Assembly (NCBI RefSeq): GCF_006345805.1
Contig: NC_042997.1
Coordinates: 14,322,001-14,386,000 of the forward strand
DNA: 64,000 nucleotides
Origin: Octopus sinensis
Taxonomy: Eukaryota
Direction: 5' to 3'
Shown here: piece by piece, positions 52,691 to 64,000 of the stretch
Layout: the number at the start of each line of letters is the position of its first letter
Numbering within the stretch: position 1 is the first letter of the stretch
Notes under the pieces: model-generated
The model's database searches: none
Seen by the model: only the letters and a program-made list of their open reading frames with translations
What the model was told of the DNA's origin: nothing
Position numbers and translations under genes: made by a program

Positions 52691-53807
52691 AAAAAGATAA
52701 TAGTTTCTTGCTATTGAGATATGTGGTGAGGCAGATTTTTATGACGTGCCTCGTGTCTCCAAGTATTTTCTAGGTTCTGGGCACATGTACGAGCGTCCGA
52801 TTCTGTTTGAAGAACGTGACATTCGTACATGAGAAATCACGAGAAAAAACGAAATGGAGGTTGATGCAAAAAGTAGAATAACAAGACTAATGGTAAATTA
52901 AAAAGGGGAAAAGAAAGGAAAGAAAATAAAGAAAATTAGAGTTACGTCTTCTTCGACTGTATGAATCATGATTAAACTAACTGGTGCTGGATGATTCAAC
53001 GGAGAGGTATCCAAAGTTTGCGAGACAGTTGGTCAATCTGAAGATGTGTCCAGGGCCAGAAGATTGCTTGAAGACAAGGTACATTATTAAAAAAATGCCA
53101 AACCACGTGCCTCTATGGCAAGAAACTAATTGTAGCTCATACTTTATTACTGTACATTAAATGATATATCTTTTTCGTGAGAGGAAATACGTTTTTGTTG
53201 ATCCTACTTTTTTGTTGATCCTACAGTAAACTATATGCATAACATTTTTTTTTTTTTTGAATTTTCAGAAATTTTTTGTGAATTTATATTTTACAAAAAA
53301 TTTGATGCGGGATTTAAGGCCTATTTAATTATTTTTAGCACATCTCAAAACCACCATTTAATAATCGACAAATGACCGTGTGAGTAAGCAGCTGGATACA
53401 ATCTTGACTTGTTACTATGGAAACAGGCAGGAATGTATCCGTGGCTTACAACTGGCTAAAATTACCCTAAATTTTCAAATTTTAAAAGCTATTAACTCTT
53501 TATTTATTGATTTATGGCGAAAATGAATTTCATGTCAATGATTAGCATACAAACTACATCATTAAACCTAATGTGAAATCAGTTGGAACAGAAATCGAAG
53601 AAATTGATAAGTGGCAGCCAAACGATAGAAACCAGATTTAAACAAGTATTGGTGTCCATTTGATCAACTAATCTCTTCGAAATAAATTCCAACATAACCC
53701 TCAGTCCAATGAGTTAAAGGAAATAAGAAGAATTTTCTTTTCGTTCATTGATGTGAACGTATTCTACAGTTATTTATCTTTTCCCTTTCTTATTCTTTTC
53801 TACTCTA

Positions 53808-54625
53808 GGCACAAGTCCCGAAATTTTGGGGAGGGTTCCAGTCGATTAGATCAACCTCCAGTGCGAAACTGGTGCTTAATTTATCGACCCCAAAAGGATG
53901 AAAGGCAAAGTCGGCCTCGGCAGAATTTGAACTCAGAACGTAAAGACAGACGAACTACTGCTAAGCATTTCGCCCGGTGTACTAACGTTTCTTTTTTCTT
54001 TATTGCCCACAAGGGGCTAAACATAAAGAGGACAAACAAGGACAGACAAATGGATTAAGTCGACTACATCGACCCCAGTGCGTAACTGGTGCTTAATTTA
54101 TCGACCCCGAAAGGATGAAAGGCAAAGTAGGCCTCGGCAGAATTTGAACTCAGAACGTAAAGACAGACGAACTACAGCTAAGCATTTCGCCCGGCGTACT
54201 AACGTTTCTTATTTCTTTATTGCCCACAAGGGGCTAGACATAAAGAGGACAAACAAGGACAGACAAATGGATTAAGTCGATTACATCGACCCCAGTGCGT
54301 AACTGGTACTTAATTTATCGACCCCGAAAGGATGAAAGGCAAAGTCGACCTCGGCGGAATTTGAACTCAGAACGTAGCGGCAGACGAAATACCTATTTCT
54401 TTACTACCTACAAGGGGCTACACACAGAGGGGACAAACAAGGACAGACAAACGGATTAAGTCGATTACATCGACCCCAGTGCGTAACTGGTGCTTAATTT
54501 ATCGACCCCGAAAGGATGAAAGGCAAAGTCGACCTCGGCGGAATTTGAACTCAGAACGTAACGGCAGGCGAAATACCGCAAAGCCTTTTATCCGGCGTGC
54601 TAACGGTTCTGCCAACTCGCCGCCT
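53808..54625 (-). mobile_element. Tandem array of four SINE B units
   Basis: ~185-235-bp head-to-tail units. Confidence 0.92.
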
Positions 54626-55300
54626 TTCTTATTCTGTTCCAGCTACGACATGTTGCATCATGGGAAGACTGCGTCTCGTGGACATTCTCTCGCAGTTGGT
54701 AATAAAATGACTAATGTCTTCTGTCTGGGTTTGGCATAACCTACATTTAGAGGTAGATGAATGAGTGTATGTATGTATGTATGTATGTATGTATGTATGT
54801 ATGTATGTATGTATTTATGTATGTATGTATGTTTGTAAGTAGGTAGGTAGGTACGTACAAATGTAGTTATGTATGAACATACGAATGTATATATGTATGT
54901 AATGTATATATGTATGAATAAATGAATATTTATGTGCACGTGTGTGACTCTGTGTGTGTGTGTGTATGTGTGTGTGTGTGTGTGTACTAATGGGTGGGTG
55001 GGTGTCTGCCTTTCTGTCTGACGGTGGGGAGAGGTGTTTTATACACGGTTTCTAGTACACAGGCACGCACTCACTCAGACAAGGAGAGAGAGAGAGAGAG
55101 AGAGAAAGAGAGGGAGAGAGAGAAAGAGCGAGAGAAAGGACGGCGAGAGAGGCACGCGCATGCGTGCATACAGGCAAATGTAATCAGAGAGATTGGCCCC
55201 GCAGTGGTGCTAATCCACCCACTCAGCAAAGCGGAAGACAAACATTCTGTGAAACACCCGAAATGTGTGTGCGCGTGTGTGTGTGTGTGTGTGCGCGCGT

Positions 55301-55335
<35 letters not shown>

Positions 55336-55349
55336 AGAGAGAGTAAGTA

Positions 55350-55397
<48 letters not shown>

Positions 55398-55625
55398 CAT
55401 ACGTATGTACGGATGGATATCAGAAAGGGCGAAAGTGGGGTCTCGTGATGTATTTCAAATACAAAATAGGATTGGTTTGAACAAATAGCAAAAATGTGTT
55501 TTTACATCTCTTCCGCTCCAACCCCCCAACCCCCACCCAGCTTTCACTCTAGTTTTTATGAATGTATCTGTCTATCATTTTACCCGAAATAACATTTACT
55601 CTTTATCATACCTGTTCTCTCTTTC

Positions 55626-55671
<46 letters not shown>

Positions 55672-56132
55672 CTCTCTCCCTCGGGTCAAAATCTGTGACG
55701 AAAAATAGGTTTTAGAACTGATATCGGTAGTAGTTGAATAATATTCTTTAGGGCCGCAGTTTACCCGCACGCAGCATCTTCAGAGCTTTGTCGCTTATTC
55801 AATTCTTAAGCAAATTGAAAGCTGTTGACATCTTTAAAGATGTCAATTTTTGTATGTAAAAAATGAGATTTGATCCTGTAGAAGACACATTGCATCAAAT
55901 TTTGTTGCAACGTTATAGGAGAGTAAACAATGCCTCCAATCAAGTTTAGATCCAAATAACTTTTTTTTATTTTAAAAGCAAAATATATTTATCTTAGCTT
56001 CAATGATAGAAGAAAGCATGAAGAACTTTATAGTTTTGCTTCCATGCAACGAAAATTTGTTTCAAAAAAGTTGAGGTAAAATATCAAGAAAAAATACAAG
56101 ACAAAAAATTGGATTTAAGTATACTTTTTTAT

Positions 56133-56527
56133 TCTTTTACATTTTTGACTGTAGCCATGCTGGAGCACCACCTTTAGTCGAGCAAATCGACCCCAGGACT
56201 TATTCTTTGTAAGCCTAGTACTTATTCTATCGGTCTCTTTTGCCGAACCGCTAAGTTACGGGGACGCAAACACACCAGCATCGGTTGTCAAGCGATGTTG
56301 GGGGGGGGGGACAGACACAGACAAAAACATATACACACACATACATATATATATATACATATATACGACGGGCTTCTTTCAGTTTCCGTCTACCAAATCC
56401 ACTCAAAAGGCTTTGGTCGGACCGAGGCTATAGTAGAAGACACTTGCCCAAGGTGCCACGCAGTGGGACTGAACTCGGAACCATGTTGTTGGGAAGCAAG
56501 CTACTTACCACACAGTCACTCCTACTC
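56133..56527 (-). mobile_element. SINE A, full length
   Basis: reverse-complement consensus. Confidence 0.9.
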
Positions 56528-57208
56528 CTATGTAATTAACTTTTTTTTTATTTTAAAAACAAACTATATTTTAATTAAGCTTAAATGATAGACCTCAATT
56601 CGAGGAATTTCATGGTATTAATCTCATGCAATGAAGTTTTCAAAGAAAAAAGTTATGAGTGTTTGTTTCTCAATTTTGAGGATGGTGATATAGCTCTATA
56701 CATTTTCACGAATATAGTTCTATAAGGGACTTTTAATATGTCACCGGCATCATTGAGGTAAGGAAAAATTATCGACGACACCGCTAACTAGTAATTAGTT
56801 TATTTATGTCATCTGTATTAATTAATGCAATCATATCATAAAAAGGGGGAAAAATATTCTTTAGAAATTTTGGCAAATAGCCTAGCCATTTTGGCAATCT
56901 TTCGTTTTAACTCGAAGGCGTGTGCGCGCCGCTCAGCTGTTACCTTACAGCGTTCGGTAAATTCCGTAAAAAGTGATAGCGTAAATTTTACCTATTTATA
57001 CATACATGCAAAAAAAAATTGTCATGAGAACACACCTTCACTCAGTGACTGACTTTTTCTCTCTTCCTCACACGCATATCTTTAAGAAAAAAACATGTAT
57101 GTATATATATTTATGCATGTGCGAGACAATGGGTGTACGTCTGCGTTTATGTGCGTGTGATTGACCCTAGCCCTTTTACACATACATGACAACACCTCTC
57201 TCTCTCTG

Positions 57209-57241
<33 letters not shown>

Positions 57242-57436
57242 ACACATAACACACACTTTAAGTCTGGTGAATAAAATCAAATATGCAACAGGATATTAAG
57301 TAGTGATGCAGCACGATCGTTTCAAGAAACTCCATTTAATTGAACAATGCAACTATTACATCAATTTAAATGCAGTGCCATCATCAGCTGCACAAATAAA
57401 TAAACAGAATTTTAACCAGTTGGACACACTACTATA

Positions 57437-57878
57437 ATTTTTCTCATATACTTTAAAAGAACAAGAAGATGGAAGAAATTCATGTTGTCGCTATTGTAGC
57501 TAAGAATAGACTACACTGCCAAGAATCGCATGAAGCCCATTGGGGTCATAACTCGTAAAGGGTTGTATTTCACTTCTAATTCACTTATCTCTTTATCAAC
57601 TACTAAATCTAAGACTAAAAGACTGTGTCTGTTTAGAATACCTAACCATGAGCTGTTGACTCACTTTTGCCCTTTATAATAAACAGACACAGCCCTCTAG
57701 TCTTGGATTTAGTACTTCATAAAGAGATAAATGAATTAGAGATGAATCACAATCCTTTACAAGCTATGGCCCCAATGGGCTTCATACGATTCTTGGCAGT
57801 GTAGTCTATTCTTAGCTACAATAGCGACAACATCAGTTTCTTCCATCTTTTTGCTCAGTTAAAGTATTTGAGAAAAAT
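57437..57878. mobile_element. Fold-back / MITE-like element, ~200-bp arms
   Basis: 57437-57635 vs 57680-57878; inner core GTTGTCGCTATTGTAGCTAAGAATAGACTACACTGCCAAGAATCG is exact. Confidence 0.85.
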
Positions 57879-58731
57879 AGAAAGGAACGCAGAAAGAAAC
57901 AAGGAGAGAAAATGAATGTGAAGGGGCTAGCGATCTATCATGGCGATCCTGTCTCCTCTCATCACCCAACGAACTTTTACGGATTCGCTACCTGGACTTT
58001 CTACTCTGTACACTTCAGCTGCACCTCTCCTGCCCATGGATTACACTGGACTCCTCTGCTTATGTATGCCGAAATTGCGAGGATGATCCAGTTCTTGACT
58101 GAAGATTAGAGGCTTCGAATGACCCGTCCGTTTTTTGTGTCGTCTATTTGAGTGTTTTGCGTTCTTGTTCCATTTTGTATTTTTTCATATATATTTTTAT
58201 ACATACATACATACATACATACATACATACATACATACACACATACATACATACATGCATACATACATACACACACATACACACACATACATACATACAT
58301 ACATACATACATACATACATACATACATACATACATACATACATACATACCCTGTTGTTGATGTTGAAATTCCAATGAATGAGCCTTGAATCTAGGTTAC
58401 AAACCGGTTTTTTTCTCTATTGGCAAGCAATCTTGAAATAAAACTGAATAATGTCATACATCTCATCCTTTGAGTCCTGCCATTTTCTTGTAGGGGAATG
58501 AGAGGGTGATGAGGGGTGTAGCATGTTTTGCTTGATCGCCTATTTCAATGTGGAAAGGTCAATCTAAATAAAATAGAATAGTTTGTTCCGTTTTCAATTT
58601 CATTGGCTGTTTATTGTGGTGGATTGACCCTCAGCTTGACTTCTGCACCTCGCTTCATTCACAGCATTCTTTTGCCCGCCACTTTCCTTTTTCTTTCTCT
58701 CGTACTCTTTCATACACACACACACCACACA

Positions 58732-58771
<40 letters not shown>

Positions 58772-59049
58772 CAAAAAGCCTTTAAAAGAAACTAAACGAA
58801 ACAAAACAAAAATGCTTTCCAAGGTGTGGGTGACTTAAAATTCAAAAGACCTGTCAGTTTTTTTTTTCCTTTTTTTTTTTTTTTTTAGGGATGAGCTCGT
58901 CAGCTATTCACAAGCACCTTCCTTGGCTCTCCGAGCCCCCGAGATGACGGTCCGACTGGAACCCACCGCTTATAATCCATGCACACTTCAACTCTTAAAT
59001 CATATTTCCTTATTAATCAAATAAAACTTCATCATACTAAGAAACAATG

Positions 59050-59341
59050 TCAGCACAGGGATGGATATATGGTTAAGAAGCTTGCTTCCCAACTATGTGG
59101 TCTCAGTTTCAGTCCCAGTGCTCGGTATCTTGGATGAGTATACTTTACCATAGATCCGAGCTGACCAAAGCCTTGTGAGAAGATATAGTAGGCGGAAACT
59201 GAAAAAATCGACCCCAAGACTTTTTTTTTTTTTTTCCTTTTTAAAGCCTAGTACTTATTCTGTTGGTGTGTTTTGCTGAACCGTTACAGGGACGTAGGTA
59301 CACCAAGACTTGTTATCAAGCAGTGGCAGGAGGCAAAGACA

Positions 59342-59385
<44 letters not shown>

Positions 59386-59539
59386 CGACAGGCTTCTTTC
59401 GGGTTCTCTCTACCAATTCTACCCACAAGGTTTTGGATAGCCTGAGGCTATAATAGAAGACAATATCCCAAGGTGCCACGCAGTGGGGCATATATCTCTC
59501 TATCTATCTCTTTCTCTCTCTCTCTCTCTCTCTCCCTAA

Positions 59540-59620
<81 letters not shown>

Positions 59621-59745
59621 CCAGGGCTATGATAAAAAACACTTGCCCAAGGTGCCGTACAATGGGACTGAACCCAAGATCATATGGTTGGAAAGCAAGA
59701 TACTTAACCACAATTCCACGCCTACGTGTATGATATAAAAAATAT
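59050..59745. mobile_element. Diverged SINE A relatives (plus head 59050-59210; minus 59215-59745 split by microsatellite)
   Basis: partial consensus; CCCAAGGTGCC occurs twice. Confidence 0.7.
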
Positions 59746-59944
59746 TCCTTCAATGATCATCCAGTTTTGTTGGGGTTCCTTTTTCTCAGATACAACGCAT
59801 CAAGATTCACATCATACGCTATGTCCTCTTCAGGAGACAAAAGGGTATGTATCGAAGGACATTTACTCGCTATTTCTGGTTGGTGAAGCAGCAACATAAT
59901 GACTTCCTTGTCGGCTCGTTTTTACCATATCATTTTTATAAAAA

Positions 59945-62030
59945 ACTTAGATATGTTTCGACCAAAGATTGGTCCAGGCCATGTCTAACTTAATAGCACC
60001 ACCTGATAGGATAATCTAAATCCTTTTAAAGTCAAGTTTTTTTTATGGTCCATTCAAGTAGTGAGTTCTTGTTGAGTGAGTTGTATCCAAGTATGGCTGA
60101 TTTATCTGTCCAGACTCCGTTTAAAAGTGATGGAATCCTTTTCCTCTTTAATCAGTTTTGGGACAATGTTAAACAGGGTTGGGCCTGTTGAGGAAAAGAA
60201 ATTATGCCGCAGTGTATCTATATGTTGTGATCCTGAACTGGGCAGGGGACGTATGTGTCCCCTAATGTTCAGGTCGTTTGGACAATGCTGGCGGTATATT
60301 CTCCGCATCGTACAAATGATGTAACGCTCGCGGCGGTGCTGGAGAGAGTAGAGTTTCAATGCTTTAAGGCGTTCCCAGTAATCGAGATCAGTCATGCCTT
60401 CAATTCGTATAGTGAGTCCCCTCTGAAGTGATTCAATCTTCGAGATGTTTTGTTTTGTATGGGGAGACCACAAGGGGCAGCAGTATTCGAGGTGTGGTGG
60501 TACAAAGGAGGAGAAAAGGGGAATGATGACACCTCGTTCTCTGGACCGGAAGGTTCTTAAGATCCAGGAGCTCATCCTACGAGCTATATCGACCTTATTG
60601 TTGATGTGAGCATTCCAACTGAGATTGTTATCAACAATTACACCCAGGTCTCTGATATTATCAGATGTCGTGAGCGGTTCCCCTGAAGGAAGAGAGTATG
60701 GCGGTTTAAGTATAGACTTTCTTCCAAAATGCATCAGCTCAAATTTTTCCTCGTTCAGTTGCATTTTGTTTTTGTCTGCCCATTGACTCACAGCATATAG
60801 ATCAGACTGGAGTTGAGTTCGGTCTTCTTCTTCATTGATGATTTGCTAGAGCTTAGTGTCATCAGCAAATATTTTCACTTTGCAGTGATTTACGACGCTG
60901 GAAAGGTCATTTATGTAAATTATAAAGAGGAGCGGGCCCAAGACAGTCCCCTGGGCTTCCATCGACCACAACTTTCTGTGTTCTTTTTGCCAGGAAATAC
61001 TTAATCCAGTGTAGAAGTTTTCCACAGATTCCAACATTTGCCAATTTTATGAGTAAGATATTATGGTCAACCCTGTTGAATGCTTTACTGAAGTCAAGAT
61101 ATATGACACCAGAGTTCGAACCTGTTCCCAAGGATTTAAGTATATCTTCAATGTGGTGTAAGAGCTGTGTTAGACAGTCCCTGCCACAGCGAAAGCCACA
61201 CTGATTTGCATTTAGGAGTTTGTGGATCTCCAGGAAATCAGCTATCTTTGATCTTACCACTCTTTCAAACATTTTAATGAGGTGGGAGGTGAGTGAGACT
61301 GGGCGATAGTTGACTTCGAGGGATCTGTTTCCCTGTTTGAAAACCGGGATGACAGACTGGGATAAGAGCTGTTTCGGTGTATAACCTGAGTCTAAAGAAT
61401 TTCTCCAGAGGTTGGTCAGAGGGACTGCAAGTTGGTGTCTACATTCCTTCGGGAGACTAGCGGGGACTCTATCAGGGCCTACAGTAGAATACTATTTGAC
61501 CTTATTTATTGCTGCTATCATGTATGAGGCAGTGAAGGTTATGTCCGAGATTTTATGTTGGGAATCAACTTCGTTCACTTCTCTTAGTGGAATCACTAAA
61601 GACAGAGCAGTATTTCTGCCATTTCTTGCGTTATCATCAATCAATGGCCCAATGGTTGAGACAGCGGTTCTATACTTATTTGCATGAGAGTAGAACACTT
61701 TTGGTTTCTGTTTGATATTTTTGATTACCCACTGTTCCTCCGCAGCTCTTTGATTTTCAATGGAGGTTTTCATGTCGGTCTGCAGATGAAGTTTTTCCAA
61801 CTCCAGACCTTTCATTGTTGTTGAATGTGGATGTTGTATGTGGGAGTATTTTAATTGGTTGATTTTTTGTTGAGTCTTTTGATGCGCCTGATAAGTGTTT
61901 TTTTTTTCCTTTTAGGGAGCCGGTTTCTGTTTGTATTAGTGGATTTCGTAGAAGCGTGTTTTGAGCATGTATAGGTGACAATGTTCTCAAAGTGTTGCCA
62001 TGCGGTCTCAATGTGAGTGGAACTGAGAGT
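59945..62030 (-). mobile_element. 5'-truncated CR1/L2-group LINE, reverse transcriptase pseudogene
   Basis: YRPVSLTSHLIKMFERVV..NQCGFR..YLDFSKAFNRVDH; QGTVLGPLLFIIYINDL; IFADDTKL; RDLGV..HLEYCCPLWSP..LKLYSLQHRRER; frameshifts. Confidence 0.93.
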
Positions 62031-62321
62031 GAAAGACCAGTCGATGAAGGACAGATCCTTTCTGATTGCTCCCTATATTGAGATGATCACATTTTTTTTT
62101 GCCAAACAAATACACGCGCTATATATTCGTTCCTCACTTCAGATTTATTATTGTTCTTATTTGTTGTACTTTATCTGAAAATGCTTCGTCACACATCCTG
62201 TGACCTCTTCAGTATCTCTCCATCCCACGTGTCTCCTACTGTTCTGTTTGGCTATTCCGAAATATAACAATATCTGTTTCAACACACGATTTTCCAAATA
62301 AATACATAGACATATTTATAT

Positions 62322-62697
62322 CTTTTACCTTTTACTTGTTTCAGTCATTTGAATCAGGCCATGCTGGGGCACTGCCTTGAAGGGGTTTTTTTTTCAGACG
62401 AACAACTCGACCTCAGGACATTTTTTTAAAACCTAGTACTTTTGGTGAACCGTTATGTTACGGGGACGTTAACACACCAGCACCGGTTTTGAAGCGGTGG
62501 CGGGGGACAAAATAGACGCGCGCACACACACACACACATACGATGGGCTACTTTTAGTTTCCGTCAACCAAATCCACTCACAAGGAATTGGTCAGCCCGA
62601 GGTTATAGTAGAAGACACCAGCCCAAGGTGTACCGTAGTGGGACAGAATCCGGAACCACGTGATTGGGAAGCAAGCTTCTTACCAAACAGCCACGTA
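62322..62697 (-). mobile_element. SINE A (diverged)
   Basis: reverse-complement consensus. Confidence 0.8.
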
Positions 62698-62705
62698 TCA
62701 TTGGT

Positions 62706-62882
62706 TTTGCCGCTACGTTCTGAGTTCAAATTCCGCCGAGGTCGACTTTGCCTTTCATCCTTTCGGGGTCTATAAATTAAGTACCAGTTACGCACTGGGG
62801 TCGATGTAATCGACTTAATACCTATGTCTGTCCTTGTTTGTCCCCTCTGTGTTTAGCCCCTTGTGGGTAATAAAGAAATAGG
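62706..62882 (+). mobile_element. SINE B, 5'-truncated
   Basis: B-box to tail. Confidence 0.88.
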
Positions 62883-63289
62883 TATATATCATGGTGATAT
62901 ATATCACCAAGACATCACCAGGGATGGCCAAATGCCATGGTAACCTGATATGTCTTAAAAACAGGAAGTACTCAACAGATAATACTAAGTATTCTAGATA
63001 AACACAAAAAAGAAAGAAAGAAAACACGGGATGGACACGATTGGAATGCTTTTGATCATAGGTCTCTTTGTTCAAAGTTTGCCTGGGGTTTAATAACGAC
63101 GACAACATCAGAGATTGTGAGAAAGTTATTTGTAATAGTAGAGAAAGTAAATGTTTGACATAACCGGATTACTTCGTAAAAGGATTGTCAGCAATATAAT
63201 TATACATATTTATGTCAGTCGTAATGAAATTAATAAAGGGAAACGTAATTAAGGATTCGATGAAATTCACAAACGGTCTGTTTACATAC

Positions 63290-63399
63290 ATTCACATATA
63301 TACATACATACATACATACATCCATCCATCCATCCATACATGCATACATACATACATACATGTAGATAGACAGAGAGAGAGAGAGAAGGAGAGCGAGAG

Positions 63400-63438
<39 letters not shown>

Positions 63439-63653
63439 AGGAAGGAAGGAGGAAGGAAGAGAGGAAGGAAGGAAGGAAAGGAAGAAAGAAAGAAAGAAAG
63501 GAAGGAAGGAAGAAGGAAGGAAGGAAGAAGGAAGGAAGGAAGGAAAGATAGAAAGAAAGATGTACACATCTATCAATCTTTTCCTCTCTTTCTACCTATC
63601 ATCTATCTGCCTATTTGTATGTGTGTGTGTGTGGTGTGTGTGTGTATGTGTGT

Positions 63654-63685
<32 letters not shown>

Positions 63686-63845
63686 ATTTGTATTATGTAT
63701 GTATCTATGTTTATGTGTATGTATGCATGTACGAAAGTATGTATATATCCGTCTATGTATATATTTGTGTGTTTAGATAGACTGAGGGGGGGGAGGGAGA
63801 GAGAGAGAGATAGACAGACAGAGAGACAGACAGACAGACAGATAC
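63290..63845. repeat. Compound microsatellites (TACA, GA, GAAA/GGAA, TG, CAGA)
   Basis: direct reading. Confidence 0.95.
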
Positions 63846-64000
63846 ATTTATCTTTCTAACCATCCCGCCATCGAAAATATTCTATTTTTGTTTATTTAGT
63901 TACCTTTAAATTTCATTTTATAATCCAACCAAGGTCAAGTTAGCTTCTCGACCTCTGACCACAGGTCAAAAATTAGTAGCATTCTAAAGTCAAATCAATC

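Noticed and set aside
53310-53600. Kolobok-like DNA transposon end (TTAAGG.., GTTACTATGGAAAC)
   Set aside because: No matching opposite terminus found in the window.
53808-54625. Regular repeats as a CRISPR array
   Set aside because: Units are ~200-bp SINEs without unique spacers; eukaryotic context and no cas genes.

Overview
Eukaryotic, very AT-rich, repeat-saturated genomic DNA. The SINE and microsatellite repertoire fits a coleoid cephalopod, most likely Octopus (inference from recalled repeat families, unverified). No intact host gene, rRNA, true tRNA or CRISPR array is supported; most supplied ORFs are translated microsatellites. The window holds dozens of copies of four tRNA-headed SINE families (called A-D here) and decayed LINEs: CR1-like RT, R4/Dong-like, a second REL-endonuclease family, and RTE. 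It also holds two Penelope-like (GIY-YIG) remnants, a fossil piggyBac, mariner/Tc1 MITEs, non-autonomous Helitrons and several long fold-backs. The most interesting signal is a set of hammerhead-ribozyme cores. The best is at 48415-48451, in the loop of a ~420-bp rod-like inverted repeat, resembling a retrozyme or viroid-like element. Others lie in Penelope-type LTR remnants near 44.5-44.8 kb. Also seen: retroposons embedded in (TAA)n and (ACAT)n arrays, and locally templated insertions. Coordinates were read by eye; boundaries without a TSD or TIR are approximate.
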